A stretch of 58,410 bases of DNA, filler included, from Sphacelaria rigidula (lineage: Eukaryota): the NCBI GenBank assembly GCA_964200075.2. It is 10 parts of 10 records of this genome, joined end to end, with 100 filler letters (N's around TTAATTAATTAA, not from the genome) between each part and the next. Parts side by side here need not be neighbours in the genome. Positions count along the whole stretch, not along the records: positions 11,703 to 17,453 come from CAXNAA020024740.1; positions 17,554 to 23,304 come from CAXNAA020024741.1; positions 23,405 to 29,155 come from CAXNAA020024742.1; 7 more parts are not named here. The stretch is one strand, 5' to 3'. Of this stretch, positions 11,703 to 25,463 are shown in pieces. Both the position numbers and the translations under genes were made by a program. Below the pieces are notes generated by a model. It was not told the origin of the DNA and ran no database searches. It was given only the letters and a program-made list of their open reading frames with translations. Numbering within the stretch: the stretch's first letter is position 1; every line of letters starts with the position of its first letter.

Positions 11703-13868
11703 CATGGGTCCCAAGACATAGAGTTTTTCCCGCCAGGTGCCTTAAGCGCATCTTAATTGGTACATTTCCCTCTAGGGACGCATACATGGCAGTAACAAGA
11801 AACCGACATCACCGCCTGCTTCGCATGATGCGTTTCTGTTTGGTCGGCGAAAACTTGGGCGTCTAATTTGTCGTAGCGTCAACAACGGTTCTATATATGT
11901 CACAATACAGTGATATTTCTCATAACCTTCGGGGTCAACCGACGGAGTTGCGTATTGGGGTGGGCGACCGAATTGCGGACACGCTCGTGGACCGTAGAAG
12001 GCATTGCGAAACTGCACGCAGTTGAACTCTTGTTTGCATCCTTCCGTATCAAGAGAATACGGACACCTCTGCGGTCTGTTTGTCGCCTTGCCCGCTTCTT
12101 TTCCACATCACGCCTGTATCCCGTATGAGACACACATACTGTCTGTGCGCAGACAAGACAGGAAGCATTGTCCCGTTCACTCTGTGTTGAATATTTCGAG
12201 TATAAGTAAACAGGTACCGCTTCGCGAATTTCGCCCAGCTTCCTCAAGTGAAACGGTGCAAATTGTTGCGGACCCAAACACAGGAAAACGAAGTCGTTTG
12301 AGGTGTTGAATAATTTCCGCCGGGCTAACTCGCTCGCGTCGAAACAAATTTTTAAGACACGGTCTTGACCCTTACACAGCAATGCGGGTAGCCCTTCTGG
12401 CCCACATGCGCACCCATGAGCCCATCTCCGCGTGGAAGCAACCCCCCCCCCCCCTATCGTAGCATGACTCTTGAAGTGAAATTGATGCCGATTGAGCATA
12501 TGGACTGCCCATCGCCTTCAAAGGATGAACGACCTCGAGTGAAGTTCGCCCGCTGATGAGGCTTTTACCGATGATGCCAGTAATGTAATTTTTTATGCTA
12601 GTAATCTCACCGAAAGCATTGCTCGTAAAGTGGAATTTTTGTTCGATCCATCCTCGCATTTTCAAAATAATTATGATCGATCTATGCTCACAACGCGTAA
12701 TTTATCCTCGATTGTGCTCGTGGTATCGTACGGGGATGCCATCTTCGACAGGACAAAGATCGACTACAATACGCATGTTCTGCATGTTATACGTTACGAA
12801 TTATAGTGTAAAGGTCGAAAACAGCAATCATAATTACGTCCAAAGCTACAGGTCGCCTCGGAATGAGTGGCCCTGGCCACCGCAAGGGGGTGTATGTGAA
12901 GCACTCATTACCGTTATATTTCCAGCAAATTGCGCTGTATCTCTAACAGTGACAGTAGGTCGGGCGATCAATCGGGATCACTATCAGCCGAAAGTAGCAC
13001 GAAGGGTCCACTCATGAAAAGCCCTCGCCGACCAGGGGATTATGCATATATATGATTCACGCAAATGGATAAAGTCTGGATCAAACATGCTTCACATGCT
13101 TCCCTCTCGTACCTCGCAAGCGCAGCCTGAGATCGGGGCATTGCAGTATTTCGCCACTTGCCGATTACATACTTATTCCACATTGTATATGTCGTGCATT
13201 GACCCGCCCGGGACAGCGACCACGGTGGCGCATAGTGTAGATCACCTATTTTGTTCGAGTGAACTTGGTATCGATTCAGCAGATGCTGGACTATATACCC
13301 ATGTCCGTCGGAGGTTTGACTTTACACAACAGAAACGAGCGACACTCCTGGCCGACGATGATGATGGAACGTCCTACTGAGACTATACGACGGCCCCGTA
13401 CGCGCTATATCGTGTATTACTGGTCACCTGTATAGATCGATGACGACACACTACTGTTCGTCATCAGGCATATATCAGTCTTGATATTTGGTGCAAAAAC
13501 AAAGAGGGGGGTGACGTATATTTGGGCGTCTTCACGGCGAGACTTGTGGGATTAACATATCATATTTCCAACACACACACGAAAGCTGGCATTTCGAAGC
13601 GTTGTGCACCCGGGAAATATCACATGCCGTCACCTGAGGGAGAGTCGTGTTCATGTCGGACCCTGCACTGTGAGGTGAGGTGATACGCCCGCCTGTCTCG
13701 AGAAGAAATTCCCGGTCGGCACTGGGGTGCTGTTGTTGCCTTCACAGCCCCCCTCTGAAAGCAGACCATCCTCATCCCCGTCGTTACTGTGTGCGGGTGA
13801 CTCGGGGCCCCCTGAGACGGGCTGCTTACCATGGGGTGCTGCCCTGCTTCTCCTTTGCAGTATCTTAC

Positions 13869-13964
13869 GGGGCGGTCCTCCACTTGTCGAGCGGGTAGCA
13901 TTCACGCTCGAGGGCATTGATTGCGAGCGTGAAGATCGCCCTCGCGTTCTCGAGTGCATAACCG
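13869..13964 (-). CDS. Candidate orphan exon (GYALENARAIFTLAINALERECYPLDKWRTAP)
   Basis: ATAG| acceptor and CC|GTAAGA donor (or a TAA stop at the same place). Strongly GC3-biased codons. No partner exon found. Confidence 0.4.
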
Positions 13965-15171
13965 CTATTTGTCACGGTTAGATGATATAGGATTTTATAT
14001 AGCTATCCCACGTGTTTATATGTGATCGTTTTGGGCGGCGAGCATGGATGTTGGATGCATCTTTGTGGCAAAATGTCCCCGACAACGTCTCCGGCGCGAT
14101 TTTTAGTGCTCGGGCTGTCAAGCGATGCAGCTGACACGTTGTTGTCATCCTCCATGACATCAGTGCTGTCGCGGATAATATCTTAGACTTATGCTGTGAA
14201 CCTGAATTGACAAAATCGTCTGCTTCGACGATAGGCGATATACAGTCACCTATTGCCCGCGGGTTATCGGTTCAGTCCTGTTTTAGGCGGGTCGCCCAGT
14301 GCAAATCAGTGCTGAGTTTCGTGGGTGCACACGTGGAAAATGACAACAGACTGTAAACGTTGACCATCGAAGAGGGGGTCTTCGATCGTTCGGGAGGTGT
14401 ATCCTTTGCTTCTTGCCACGCTGTAGCCGGTGCGATTGTTCCGGACTACGGTGCGAGGATACTCCCTCGTGAATTTTCCTGTCCTTTGTGACCTTCCTTT
14501 GTATTCCACCGTCGACAACCTATAACATCCGGCCTTCGCGAAGTTTGGGCGGGGGGGTGTTGAATTCCGTGACACGGCATCCAGCAGATAGGTGCCAACG
14601 GGACGCTGGGACTCGTGCTCTGGGATATCGGGGCGGCAGGATGGACGCGCTTCCCTTCAGCTACCGCGGATGCCACAAAGTGTTCAGCAGAAGAGTAGAA
14701 TTGCGTCCGCATGAGCGTATGAATGCCGGTAGAGGGGGTTGTCTGGCCGAGCAGCCGGGTCGTATGGCACTCGCGGTGGATACCCCACCAGTTCAGCGGA
14801 ATCTGCCTGCGTTACGTGAGCTGGAAAGCGGACGCCGTCAGTCGGAGGCAACGAGCGGAGGCCAGCGTCGAGGCTCACAAGCAGACGAGTTGGTTCGGGT
14901 GCCGCGTATCCACCGGGGAGGTCCTACTGGAGCTGATCCGCCCTCAGAGAAGGACGACCCGCACCCGGTGACATGCAGCACACTGAGTATACCCCCCCCC
15001 ACACACACTCTCTCTCTTCTCCGTTGCTGTATCGGTGAACGGAAGTACCGCACCCTTCGTAGGAGTGAGCGCGCGGAGAGGTCGATAAATGCTACACAGC
15101 GCGTGCGATGTCAACGAACGTACACGTTTAGAGCATGTTTGAATTTCGTTTATTTTTCGGTACGTCTATCA

Positions 15172-15243
15172 TGACACGACGGCTGGACCCCTGGGGGGTC
15201 AGTTAAAGTGCGACAATCAATCAATCAATTACTCAATCAATCA
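15172..15243 (+). repeat. Retroposon 3' tail with (TCAA)n
   Basis: CGGCTGGA...GGGGGTCAGTTAAAGTGCGACAATCAATCAATCAA. Confidence 0.6.
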
Positions 15244-17453
15244 GCACACATTTAGCAGTGCAGGTCGACACGGCACAGTATAGTACCCGCTGCATGTCTC
15301 CGAGAATATCGTACGACCTCCGTATTACAGTACCACGTACGCTGTCTGTTTTAGCGTGCAGTGAAACTGTCCTGTTGCGGTGCAGCATCCCACGATCAGG
15401 GCTTGTCTCTTGTGGTCAGCTTCGACGGCGGCGTATTCATTTCTTCCTTGCCATAGATGTTTGACCGTTGACACACCAATTCAAGACGGAGCACTATACT
15501 TACTACCAGTACAGACACCTTCAACATTCCGGTGCTCATGAAGTTCCTTCCATACACTACACATCGATCTTTGGCATATATTCTCCCAGTCATTTTCGCC
15601 GTCTTGGCCGCTATCAATATTCTACTGTGTCCATCGTTTTGTCCCAACCGTGTAAGGCGTGAAATAATGTCATGCCGCCGTTGTTCACGCCCCGCTTCCC
15701 CCCTTCAGCACGTGCCGTGCCTCCCTCTACAGTTCACACTCGCCACTATACGAATTTTGAATCCTTTCGCTTCGCGATAGGGGCAAATCTTTGTCTTTAC
15801 TTCCTCCTCCCCTCTGCTACTGGGATATCTCTTCTTCCTGGTGGGTCCAGGTCTGTCGCCCGAAATTTCAGTTTCAATTATTCCCCCGCGTCCATTTCCC
15901 CATGCCGATATTTTCTTAGCCCGACCCCCTCTCTCAATCCCCGTATATCCTCACGTTTTGCTCCTCGCCCACGTCGCGCCTAAAAGCCGGGGTTTTACAA
16001 ATTGGGGATGGATCTGCGGTGGGAGGATGATAATCTTTGTGTCCACACAACATGTTCTACACATGATTCCATTCCTTCATCTATTGGTAGCTACTGCAGG
16101 TGGCGGCAGCACGTGAGAAATGACCAGTTAAGAAATTGAGGCTCAAAATTCGCAGATATTAAGAAATTGATACTGAGAAATTTTGCTCAGATCGGAGCGA
16201 AAATAAGGATAAGAAATCGAAACATGCAGGACCGGCGGATAAGAAATCTGTCATCGACGCTGCGACCTTGGGAAATAAGAAACTGGTCCCAGACCCATCA
16301 GCCCCTCGACGTAAGGATCCCCCCCCCCGTCTATCCCCTCCCCAAGACAATACGGTGCGCCAGTACGTGTTCGTGTACAGTACAGTACAGTACAGTACTA
16401 CAGGGATTGTACAACAATGCATACGCCACAGTGTACATTATCGGAAGATGACCACTGTCGGCGCACAAGAATGTACTCGCTGGTTGAGCGACCATTCCGA
16501 CAATGTGTCTGCTGGTACGCACTTACCTGCGGTAATGCATACCTCTGCACCGCTGTGTTCATGCCCAGACTTTGTGGCTTCCGGTCAATATCCACGGCAT
16601 TTTTCGACTACTCTTTCGTTTTTGCCCAGAATTTCGATCTGAAGTCATACTACAGGAACCGGACAATTTTGCTCCTTTTCGTTACTTCATCTATTAATAG
16701 TAGATGAGTATATATTTTCTTCATCTGAACCGGTTATCTTTATTTCCCCCCTTGTATTCCTTCTTTCCACTCGTTAGTGTTCACCCTATAAATCCTTTGT
16801 TGTATCTTTTGTCGTATTTTTTCTCTCGCTTGCCTTTTCTTTGGCGATCGTCCATTTCGTTTACCCCAGCTCGTACGCCTACCTTGTGATAACGGCTGTA
16901 TCCGTCGGGAATCAGTTGGTGTGCGACAGTCAACCAAATCAACCGCAGAAGCAGTCAAATTGAAAAACCGCAAAAACCATGTCTCAAAGCAGGTGAAAAT
17001 CATGACACTTGCCTCTACGCAAGAATACATGCGTGTAAATGTTGCCTCTACGCATGTAGCAGAGGATACGGCACAAACCAACGACGACTCGGCATGGGCC
17101 TGTTGGCTCGAAAATGGTTGCGAAGCTACTATTGAATGCTCCCTTGGCGCCCACATGCAATGCCGTTCAACAAACCCGACGCGGACTGTGGTTCAGGTTG
17201 GGCATGTATCATGCTATAGACAGTGATGGAGCACCTGTTGGACGGTTCATCACACAAACAGCGTTCGAGAATTTCAAGGTTGTGTATGTGTGCTTCGAAC
17301 CATCCGCTCGAATTTGCGCGGTAGTCCGTGGAAGGTAGGGTGTACTCAAGATCATGCATGCCGTAGTCATAAACGACCATTGACCTCGCATCCCTACAAA
17401 GTCAGGACGGAGCACACCAGGTTCTCGCCGGACCAGGCTCGCAGTCAGTCACT

Positions 17454-17553
17454 NNNNNNNNNNNNNNNNNNNNNNNNNNNNNNNNNNNNNNNNNNNNTTA
17501 ATTAATTAANNNNNNNNNNNNNNNNNNNNNNNNNNNNNNNNNNNNNNNNNNNN
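17454..17553. other. Artificial contig spacer
   Basis: N44-TTAATTAATTAA-N44. Confidence 0.99.
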
Positions 17554-18214
17554 TTTGTGCTGGTTTTTTTCCTGTTTGTTTTGTTCCCCAGGGCCCCGGG
17601 GGGCAGGGGGGGAAAATTTTCCGCCCCCGGCCCCCCCCCCCCCCCCCCCCCCCCTCCCGCAGCATTTTTTCGAAAATTGTCATGATTTGTTTACTCTTTT
17701 GTTGCTGAACATTGTTGCAAGAAATTGATCAATAAACTGTAGCCAAATAATACCAAGCCGTAAGGTTTCAGTGTAATCGCATGCATTATTGGAGCAACGA
17801 TAAGGGACAGGGGATTCTGGATTGATGGCCCTTCTCTGTGTGGCCCCTTGCTGTCTAGCTCGTGATCTGTTGAGGATCACTCCGAGATAATAACAAGTTA
17901 GAAGAAACGACTTGTCGAGCACGACGCCAGTGATACTGGAGGAGTCCCTCGTTGAAAGTCCTGTTGTCCAGATTGTCTGGCAGAGGCTACAATATCTAGA
18001 TATTATTCTCGGCACTCTGTTGGAGGAGTCTGGCTGAGGAGAAGGGGCCGCAGCTGGAAGCCAGTTTGAGCCACAGTCGGGAGGAGACTAACTTAGGGTG
18101 CACAGCGGTAGAGGACGCGCTCCGTAGGCCGGAGGACGCACAAGTAAGGCAAGAGTCTCTCCGTGAAGTGTTTGAATCTTAGACGACACGGCTCAAGCGG
18201 CGGCAGCGCCGCTG

Positions 18215-21200
18215 GTGTTAGGTGAGCCGCTAGATCCGCCAAAGTATGGCGAGGTGTGGACCGAGGGAGCATCAAGAGTTTTTTACGCCGCCTATATTGA
18301 TTATGAAGGGCGTTTGTATCTGGCAAATGTACAAGGAGTCGTACGGCATGCCAGGGTGAGCATCGGACAACTTATCCCGACATACATTCCCCGATGCTTT
18401 GAAGGCATGTACAAGGACCGTCGGGCTATGACCCTCGACGAATTGCTAGATGCTGTGAAGCAGCATGCCGGGTACACCAAAATCGGCGGCAAACATGACA
18501 CTGCGCGGGCTGCAGCAGACCTGCGTAGAGCGCTTACAATGCAGCAAAGCGGTGGAGCATCCGTCTAGGATAGAGCGATAATGGTTGATTCATCGATGGC
18601 AACGCGTTTCGCTGAAAACCTCACGGTGCAAGCCATGTACCGCGCGGAGGACAGGAGCTGGTTGCCAGGCCTGTCCGAGTCGGTTTCCACAGCTTTGGTG
18701 GACGGGATTTTGCCTCCGGAATTCAAGGCGTATGTTAGAAGCGTACTGACGTATGTAGACGGCTGGAAAATAATCCGACGGTGGTGTTCAACAAAATATT
18801 TGATGCCGCCGACCACTGGAAGTTCATTGAGGCGCATAGCCGGCGCGATTCTGCGGGAAGTGCAGGTGGTGCACGTCGCAAACTACATGAGCAGCAGAAA
18901 CAGCAGACGTCCTCGCGAGCGTCGTCCACTCGCGCGTGTTACAACTGCGGCGACAACGGACACCTGATTTGGGACTGTCCCAAGCCTCGCGCTCAAGACG
19001 CTGCTCAGGGCAATGCGCGAGATTCATTAGGGTCTCGAGGCGGTTGTCACGGTGGACGAGGCCATGCCAACCATGGACGCGGACGCGGCGGCCGCGGTAG
19101 CGAGCAATCGGCGGCGGATGGTGGTTCTTCCGCTGCTGTTTCTTCCACTACGTCATCAGGTGGTGACGCTGGATCTTCTGGTTTGTCCGTGTTAAGGCGG
19201 ACAGTGTACGTTGGAAATGCAAATACTTCGGTGGGGAGTGCTGGAGCAAATAGTTCGCAACCCCTCGGCCAGGCAGGATCCGTGTCTGGTGCATCTCCTA
19301 CTTCTGCGACGGCTGTAACAGCGCCGTCTACATATTCGGCGACTTGGTCTGGGTGGACCGCCGATTCTCAATTATGGATGCCAAGTACTGGAGCGCAGCC
19401 CTGGCGTCAGGTGACTCTTGATACCGACCAGGGTTCTTCGACAGGTGTGGTACCTGCCGATCGCAATGCAGAATATTTACGCGCAGATCGTTCATTGCCT
19501 GGTTCCGTAGCTTCGTTCATGGCCCGCATTATTCTGGATTCTGGGCCCGCGCTCACGTCAATCGGTGTGGAGTTGCTAGAACAAACGTCTTCGCGGTTTC
19601 GCGGCGCTCAGCTGCAAATTCCGTTCGAAAATGGACCGCAAACGGCACAGACCGCCACGGGTGCTCCCGTGACGGTTACACATCAAACGGTGCCGATTGC
19701 TGCTAGCGTGCGTACGCCGTGGGGGGCTGTGGAGTTGCAGCCCATCACTTTCGCTGTCATGCTCGGCAGGAACAACGTGGTTCTGTTTGGGATGGCGACG
19801 ATGAAGGAGCTCGGGATTGATTTGTACCCGCTGGCGTTGGATAAGTTACGCCCGCATGCTGTGCCGGTGCAAATCAGCGTGGAAAAACCCAGATATTTTG
19901 CTGCGAGGCGTGTGACCGTATTCATACGGTCGTTCTAGAGAGTCAACGAGGAGGAGGCTCCTGCGGATGAAGCCGTGGAGCACTTGGTCGATCGGGGACC
20001 CGACATGTTCTTGGACCCTGCGGAGGAGAGAGGTGCAAGAGAACGTGCGCTTGAGGATAGCGTGCAGCAAGCCGAGCAGAAGGGCCTGAGCACCGATAGC
20101 GCGTATCGTCTGCGTGATATTTTGGCTCGTCGCGTGGATACATTTCGTCGTGCGCTGCGTGGTGATCCGCCAGCGCGAGTGGAGCCAATGAGGGTACAGC
20201 TTAAGCCACAGACAAAGGCTGTGAAGGCGAATCCTCGCCGTAACGATCCGGTGAAGACCGGGTGGCTCGCCTCATGCATCGCAGCTTTGGTGGCGTTTGG
20301 TTCGTTGGTTAGGAACATCCAGGCTGTGTGGGTGAGTCCGGCGATGGTGGTGCCGAAGCGGGACACATTCCGTTTGGTCAGCGACTACCAGGCGGTGAAT
20401 GCGCAGATGGAACAGTCTCCGGGGGTGATGCCAAGCCAAGAAGACGTGCGGGAGTTGCTGGGAGCCCAATGCTTCGGCAAGTTGGACCTGCTACAGGGGT
20501 ATTGGTAGATGCCTCTGGCGCCGGAGGCTCAGGAATTCCTCACGATCGTCACGCCTGACGGTTTGTTTACGCCTACTCGTGTCCTGCAGGGCGTGTTGAA
20601 CGCCACGGTATATTTCCAAGGTGTGCTGACTGAGACTTTGCGAGGTCTAAACTATAAAGTGTGGGTGGATGGCGTTTTCTATTTTGCTGAAACCGAAGAA
20701 GCATTGTTAGCTTTGCTCGACGAAATTCTTGGCCGCTTAGAGGTTGTTGGTCTGGTCGTCGCTGCGCATAAGTGCGCCTTTTTTGCCCGCGAAGTGGTTT
20801 GGTGTGGTGAGGTGTACCCCAAGGGTACTGTTTCGCACGATCCCGTCCGCATCCAAGGTTTGAGCAATATGCGACGTCCTCAAACCGGTAGTGAGCTGAT
20901 TCAGATTCTGCAGGTGGTGAACTACTTGCCAACTTCGCTCCCGCGCATGGCGGAAGTAGTGACGCCGTTTCGTGTGTTTTTGGAACAACTCATGGGCGGG
21001 GCTTCGCGTCGGACCGAGCGGGTGGCGCGTAATCGTATCATTCCGCAGGACGCTTGGACGGAGGATTGTGTGCGGGCATAGCGTGCTGCTAAAGATTTGG
21101 TGGCGCAAGTGGTGCCGCCGTATCATCCTCGTCCAGGGTGCGTTGTTTTGACGTTTCCAGGTGCTTCGGATTTCCACTGGGGTACCTTTTTAACGCAAGT

Positions 21201-22939
21201 GCCTGTCGCCGAGTTTAGTAGTGGCATTGCGCTCGAGAACATGTCACACGAACCGTTGGCTTTTCTGAGTGGTAGCTTCAAGGGTTCACAGTTGCGGTGG
21301 GCGACAGTAGACAAAAAAGGTTTCGCGATAGTCAATACATTTCGATTGCTAATGTACTTGCTTTGAGGTGGTGTTCGCAGTTCCACCGATCATCGCAATC
21401 TGAAATACATTTTAACCCCGAAGGCCATGGCACAACAGCTTGAAAATTGAAAATGAGTGCTAGGCCAATATCGGTATGCTATTGAACACATTCGTGGAGA
21501 GCGCAATTTGTGGGGAGCTTTGTTGTCTCGCTGGGTGAAGGTTCCTGCCGTGCCTGTTCGTTCTGTTGCGGTGTATAGCCCGTGTGATGCCGGTGATTCG
21601 CTGCCCTCGTTGGATATCATTCGTACCGCGCAGCGCAAAACAGTCGGCGACGGTGTTCATTCTTCTCCTACGACTTTCGGTCAAGCTGCCTTGGCTGACG
21701 ATAGTTTATTTCGCGTGCGTGTTGACATTAGTGATGTGTTGTGGATTCCGTCGGGTGATTAGGCTCTACAAACTCGCTTGATGGTGTGCACTCGCATGCG
21801 GTCCGCTGGTCGCCGTGGTGTGGCGCCGACTCTGTTTCGTTTGAAATAATACATTGTGTGGCCTCACATGGATTCCCACGTGCGCGAGTTCGTTCGTCAG
21901 TGTTTGCATTGTGTAGACACTTGTCCTGGTGCGATTGTACCTCGTCCATATGGTGATACTGTGCATGGTACTACGTCAGGTGAAGTTGTTCACTTTGGTT
22001 TTCTGTACGTCGGAAGTAGCGGACCTGAAGGTGCTAATTGTTTGCCTAATTAGGATGGCTTTCGATTCGTTTTGGTTATCATGGATGATTTGTCCAATTC
22101 CGTTTGGTTGGGGCCGACCGTGGCTTGCACCGCCGAGGTTACGACTAAGCACTTGCTCCATTGGTGCAAGACTTTGGGGGTGCCGCGTGTGTGGATGCCG
22201 CGTGTGTGGGTCAATGATATCGCCACGCACTTTAAGAATCGAGTAATCGCGTAGCGGAGCGACGCGCTCAAGGTATAATACCAATAAGCTGCTGCGTATA
22301 ACCCTCGGTCGAATGGTGCTTGTGAACGCATGGTGAAAGAGGTTGCTCGTGCGTTGCGGTCCATTTTGTGAGAACAAAGATTGCCGGTGTCTGAATGGGC
22401 TGATATTTTTCCAGCCGCTCAGTGGGCGTTGACTACTTTTTTTCGTGAACGCTACCGCAACACTCCGTATTGTGTGATGTTTGGGCGTGCGACGCGCACA
22501 GCGTTTTCCCTCGCTGCCTTCTGTCACTGGCGGCGAGTGGAACGTCGATGTCATGGATGCTGATACGTTGCGTGACAAGGTTCGAGGCGTGGTCGACGAG
22601 CAAGTGCGGTTTTTGCAATGAAGTGCACGCTGCTGTCGCGGTGTCTCGCCAAACCAAACGCAAGCTTGCTCAGGGCCAGGCTGTGTTACCCAAGTTTGCA
22701 CTTGGAGATTTCGTTTTGTATGCCCGTATTCATAAGCAAGGTGTGACGCCAAAGTTGATGTCCACATGGACAGGTCCGTGGCGAGTGGTCGGAGCCGATC
22801 ACGCTCACGAGTATTCGGTGCAGAATATTGTTCCTGGCGCGTACACTCGGCCCATGCCGCTTGTTTGCGTTTCTATGCTGACTCGCACTTGCATATCACT
22901 ACGGAACTAGAAGATGTATTTCAGTATTTGTATGCTCAA
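18215..22939 (+). mobile_element. Decayed Ty3/Gypsy LTR retrotransposon gag-pol
   Basis: Gag CCHC knuckle CYNCGDNGHLIWDC (18937-18978), protease LDSG (19534-19545), RT (FRLVSDY, LDLLQGYW, GLFTPTRVLQG, WVDG for YVDD), RNase H (HEPLAFLSGSF, IEHIRGERN), integrase zinc finger (WPHM...CLHC) and core, and WTGPWRV. PR-RT-RH-IN order is Gypsy. Many nonsense mutations. Cut by a MITE at 22940. Confidence 0.96.
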
Positions 22940-23304
22940 AACACGGGATCTTACAAATTGGGGATGGACCTTTTATTGGGGATGAAAAACCCGGAGAATT
23001 AAAATCTTCGTATCCGCACCAAATCCTCGAAATACGGTTCCATTTCTTCACCTACTGATAGCTATTGACAACTGCTACACGCCATACAATTTTGGATTTC
23101 GATCGCCGAAATATTGGGGTCCTATGGGAAAAAAACAATTTCGGAACCAGTTCGGCGTCCGTTTGGACACCCGGAATTCCCGAAAATTGTTTTCTTCACC
23201 TAGGACTCCAACATTTCGGTGATCGAAATCCAAATTTCTATGGCGCGTAGCAGTTGTCAATAGCTATCAGTGGGTGAAGAAATGGAATCATATTTCGAAG
23301 ATTT
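22940..23304. mobile_element. Fold-back MITE family A inserted in the Gypsy element, truncated by the segment end
   Basis: Starts AACACGGGATCTTACAAATTGGGGATGG. Central spacer is in the opposite orientation to the 27874 and 29679 copies. Confidence 0.92.
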
Positions 23305-23404
23305 NNNNNNNNNNNNNNNNNNNNNNNNNNNNNNNNNNNNNNNNNNNNTTAATTAATTAANNNNNNNNNNNNNNNNNNNNNNNNNNNNNNNNNNNNNNNN
23401 NNNN
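23305..23404. other. Artificial contig spacer
   Basis: N44-TTAATTAATTAA-N44. Confidence 0.99.
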
Positions 23405-23845
23405 CGAATTTTCGTCGCAAAACTCGATCAATTGATGCTTGAATTTCCATGTTCACGTCAAAGAAGGCCCAAAAACGCCGTTTTGGTACTAAAATCAAGT
23501 ACTTTACGGTTTCACCGCGGAACTTCATCGCACAAAGGCCAAAACCTTCACGTCGTTTTAAGGAGTTAGACCCTGGAATTTTGCACAACTGTGGTTTGGG
23601 ACATTACGCGACTTGGGAGGAACGGTTTTTTTGTGTGATCGTTTTACGGGGGTCCGATTGGGTCGAGGTTTCCCCCCCAAAACTGGAACCCCCGAAAAAC
23701 GGTGAAAATTAAAAAAGAAAACAATCCTACAAAGTTTCGTAAGTACCCATAGAACATTCGTGCAACATTTCAGGGTCTAACTCCTTAAAACGGCGTGATG
23801 TTTCGCCGATAAGTGTTTTTTGGGTGATACGCGTGAACCAATCTG
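23405..23845. mobile_element. Probable non-autonomous DNA transposon fragment, possibly Tc1/mariner-type
   Basis: 39-bp inverted repeat 23548-23586 / 23760-23798. The related motif ATTCAGGGTCCAACTCC recurs near 32765. Ends ...CTG|TA. Confidence 0.4.
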
Positions 23846-23867
23846 TATCTGGAGAAGGAACGGTGCT

Positions 23868-24290
23868 CCGTCTCTCGAGGGATGCGTGGTCAATGATCAG
23901 ACAACTAAGGCAAGCAACAAATGAGTACCCCGACCCGCCTCCCGCCCCCCGCTCCTTTTTTCATGTCCTTTAGTGAGCCAAGTGTTTCCACTCATTTATT
24001 GCCTGCGCAAGTCTATGTTGTGACCTCGGCTGGAATTACCGCGGGTCAGTTGAACCGTCTCGAAAGGGATGCGTGGTTAATGGTCAAACGACTAAGGTAA
24101 GCAACAAATGAGTACGCCCGTCCCCCGTCCCCCGCCCCCCCCCATTCCCCCCTCTTTTTTTCAAGTCCTTTAGCGAGCCAAGAGTTTCCATTAGTTTATT
24201 GCCATGCGCACGTCTATGGAGTGACCTCGGCTGGAATTGTCGCGGGTCAGTTCAATGTGTGACAATCAATCATTCCATCATGGAATCAAT
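23868..24290 (+). mobile_element. Head-to-tail dimer of a retroposon 3' region ending in (TCAA)n
   Basis: Two ~190-220 bp units (GGGATGCGTGGT...AAGCAACAAATGAGTAC...GTGACCTCGGCTGGAATT...GCGGGTCAGTT). Related pieces on the minus strand at 10530-10585 and 11140-11220. Confidence 0.75.
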
Positions 24291-25334
24291 TAATGTAACT
24301 TGTTCGCGTGTGTCCTCATGATGGCACCTTTTTCCTTGTCGCCCCCACGCCCTGATGGGCGAAAACATGCTGCTGCTGCTACTACTGCTGCGGCGGCGGC
24401 GTTTGGGAATATCTCTAGAATATTTTTGTCCTTTTGTGCTCATTTCATGTCCTGGTTTGGCTTACAGCGAGCCCCACCATGTGTGTAGTTATTTTGTCGC
24501 TCGAAGTTGACCCGTGATTCTGCAGGGTTCAGGTTTGGAAGTACATGTGCTGTATACCGGTGTTTGTGACTGTGTACAATACTTACGTCATTCATGTTGT
24601 ATTTAGTAGATTTTTTTTGTCTGAATGGGGTTCCTTGTATCCACTGGCCACACCCCTTTGGCTCGTGCGAAATCTTTTGAAGACCTTCGCTGCGAGAGAA
24701 TTCCAACACCGTGGATAATGATACAAGATTGCAATGGCACGAAGTGTACAGGGTATAGTTTTGAATCTTTTGTCTTTAGGGATCCACCAACCTCTCCCCC
24801 GATATATGCCTGATGTTACAGTATCGAGGATTGGATCATGACCATCATCGCTCCAGCACGGGGTCGGCTTTTGTTCCGCATTTTTTTCTGTGCTCCTCAC
24901 TTTCTCTCACATTCTCAAGTTGGGAGATGAGATACCTCTGAGAAAATGAATGCCCTCCGATTCGTATCTGCTTGGCATCGAACTCCCAAACTCTACTCCA
25001 TGTGTCAAGTTGCACCGGCTAACACAACAGAGGCACGATACTCTACTACAGGTGTATCGCTGTAGGTACAAATTCAAGACGAGTACTCGTATTGGTTTGG
25101 ATTCATTGCGCTCGGCGCTTGGCGCCCTACTAAATATAGAAAATTGAGCCTGAAACGGGTACAATTGGGGGGGTGGAATCCTGTTTGTATCACCGTAGCT
25201 GGGCCGATCGGATGTTGTACTTTCAGTATCTTGACTATGTCGGGGAGTATGACAATACACTTGGGTGAGTACCCTGCATTCTCCCATGGCTTGTCGTTGT
25301 CGCTTCTATCCCGGACGAATTTACGACAAAACAG

Positions 25335-25463
25335 GGTACCGAGAGCGGTGCATCCGGCGCGAGGGACGCCCCGGTACAGTTTGAGGCGGATCCTGCGGAG
25401 GCGGATCCGTTCGGGCTGGATGCCTTCCTTAAGGACGCCAAGAGCTCGGGCAGGAAAAATTAG
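25335..25463 (+). CDS. SNW1: Terminal exon of splicing factor SNW1/SKIP/Prp45 (GTESGASGARDAPVQFEADPAEADPFGLDAFLKDAKSSGRKN*)
   Basis: AACAG| acceptor, in-frame TAG. RxxPVQFE and DPFGLDxFL are the conserved SKIP C-terminal signature. Not in the ORF track in this frame. Confidence 0.9.
   Translation, partial: GTESGASGARDAPVQFEADPAEADPFGLDAFLKDAKSSGRKN

Noticed and set aside
14488..15174. 228-aa ORF and overlapping GC-rich frames
   Set aside because: No recognisable motif or consistent splice sites. It may be a decayed coding relic but cannot be assigned.
17772..18189. 5' LTR of the Gypsy element (TGTAA...GACA)
   Set aside because: No second LTR for comparison, no primer-binding site and no TSD. 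It cannot be supported.
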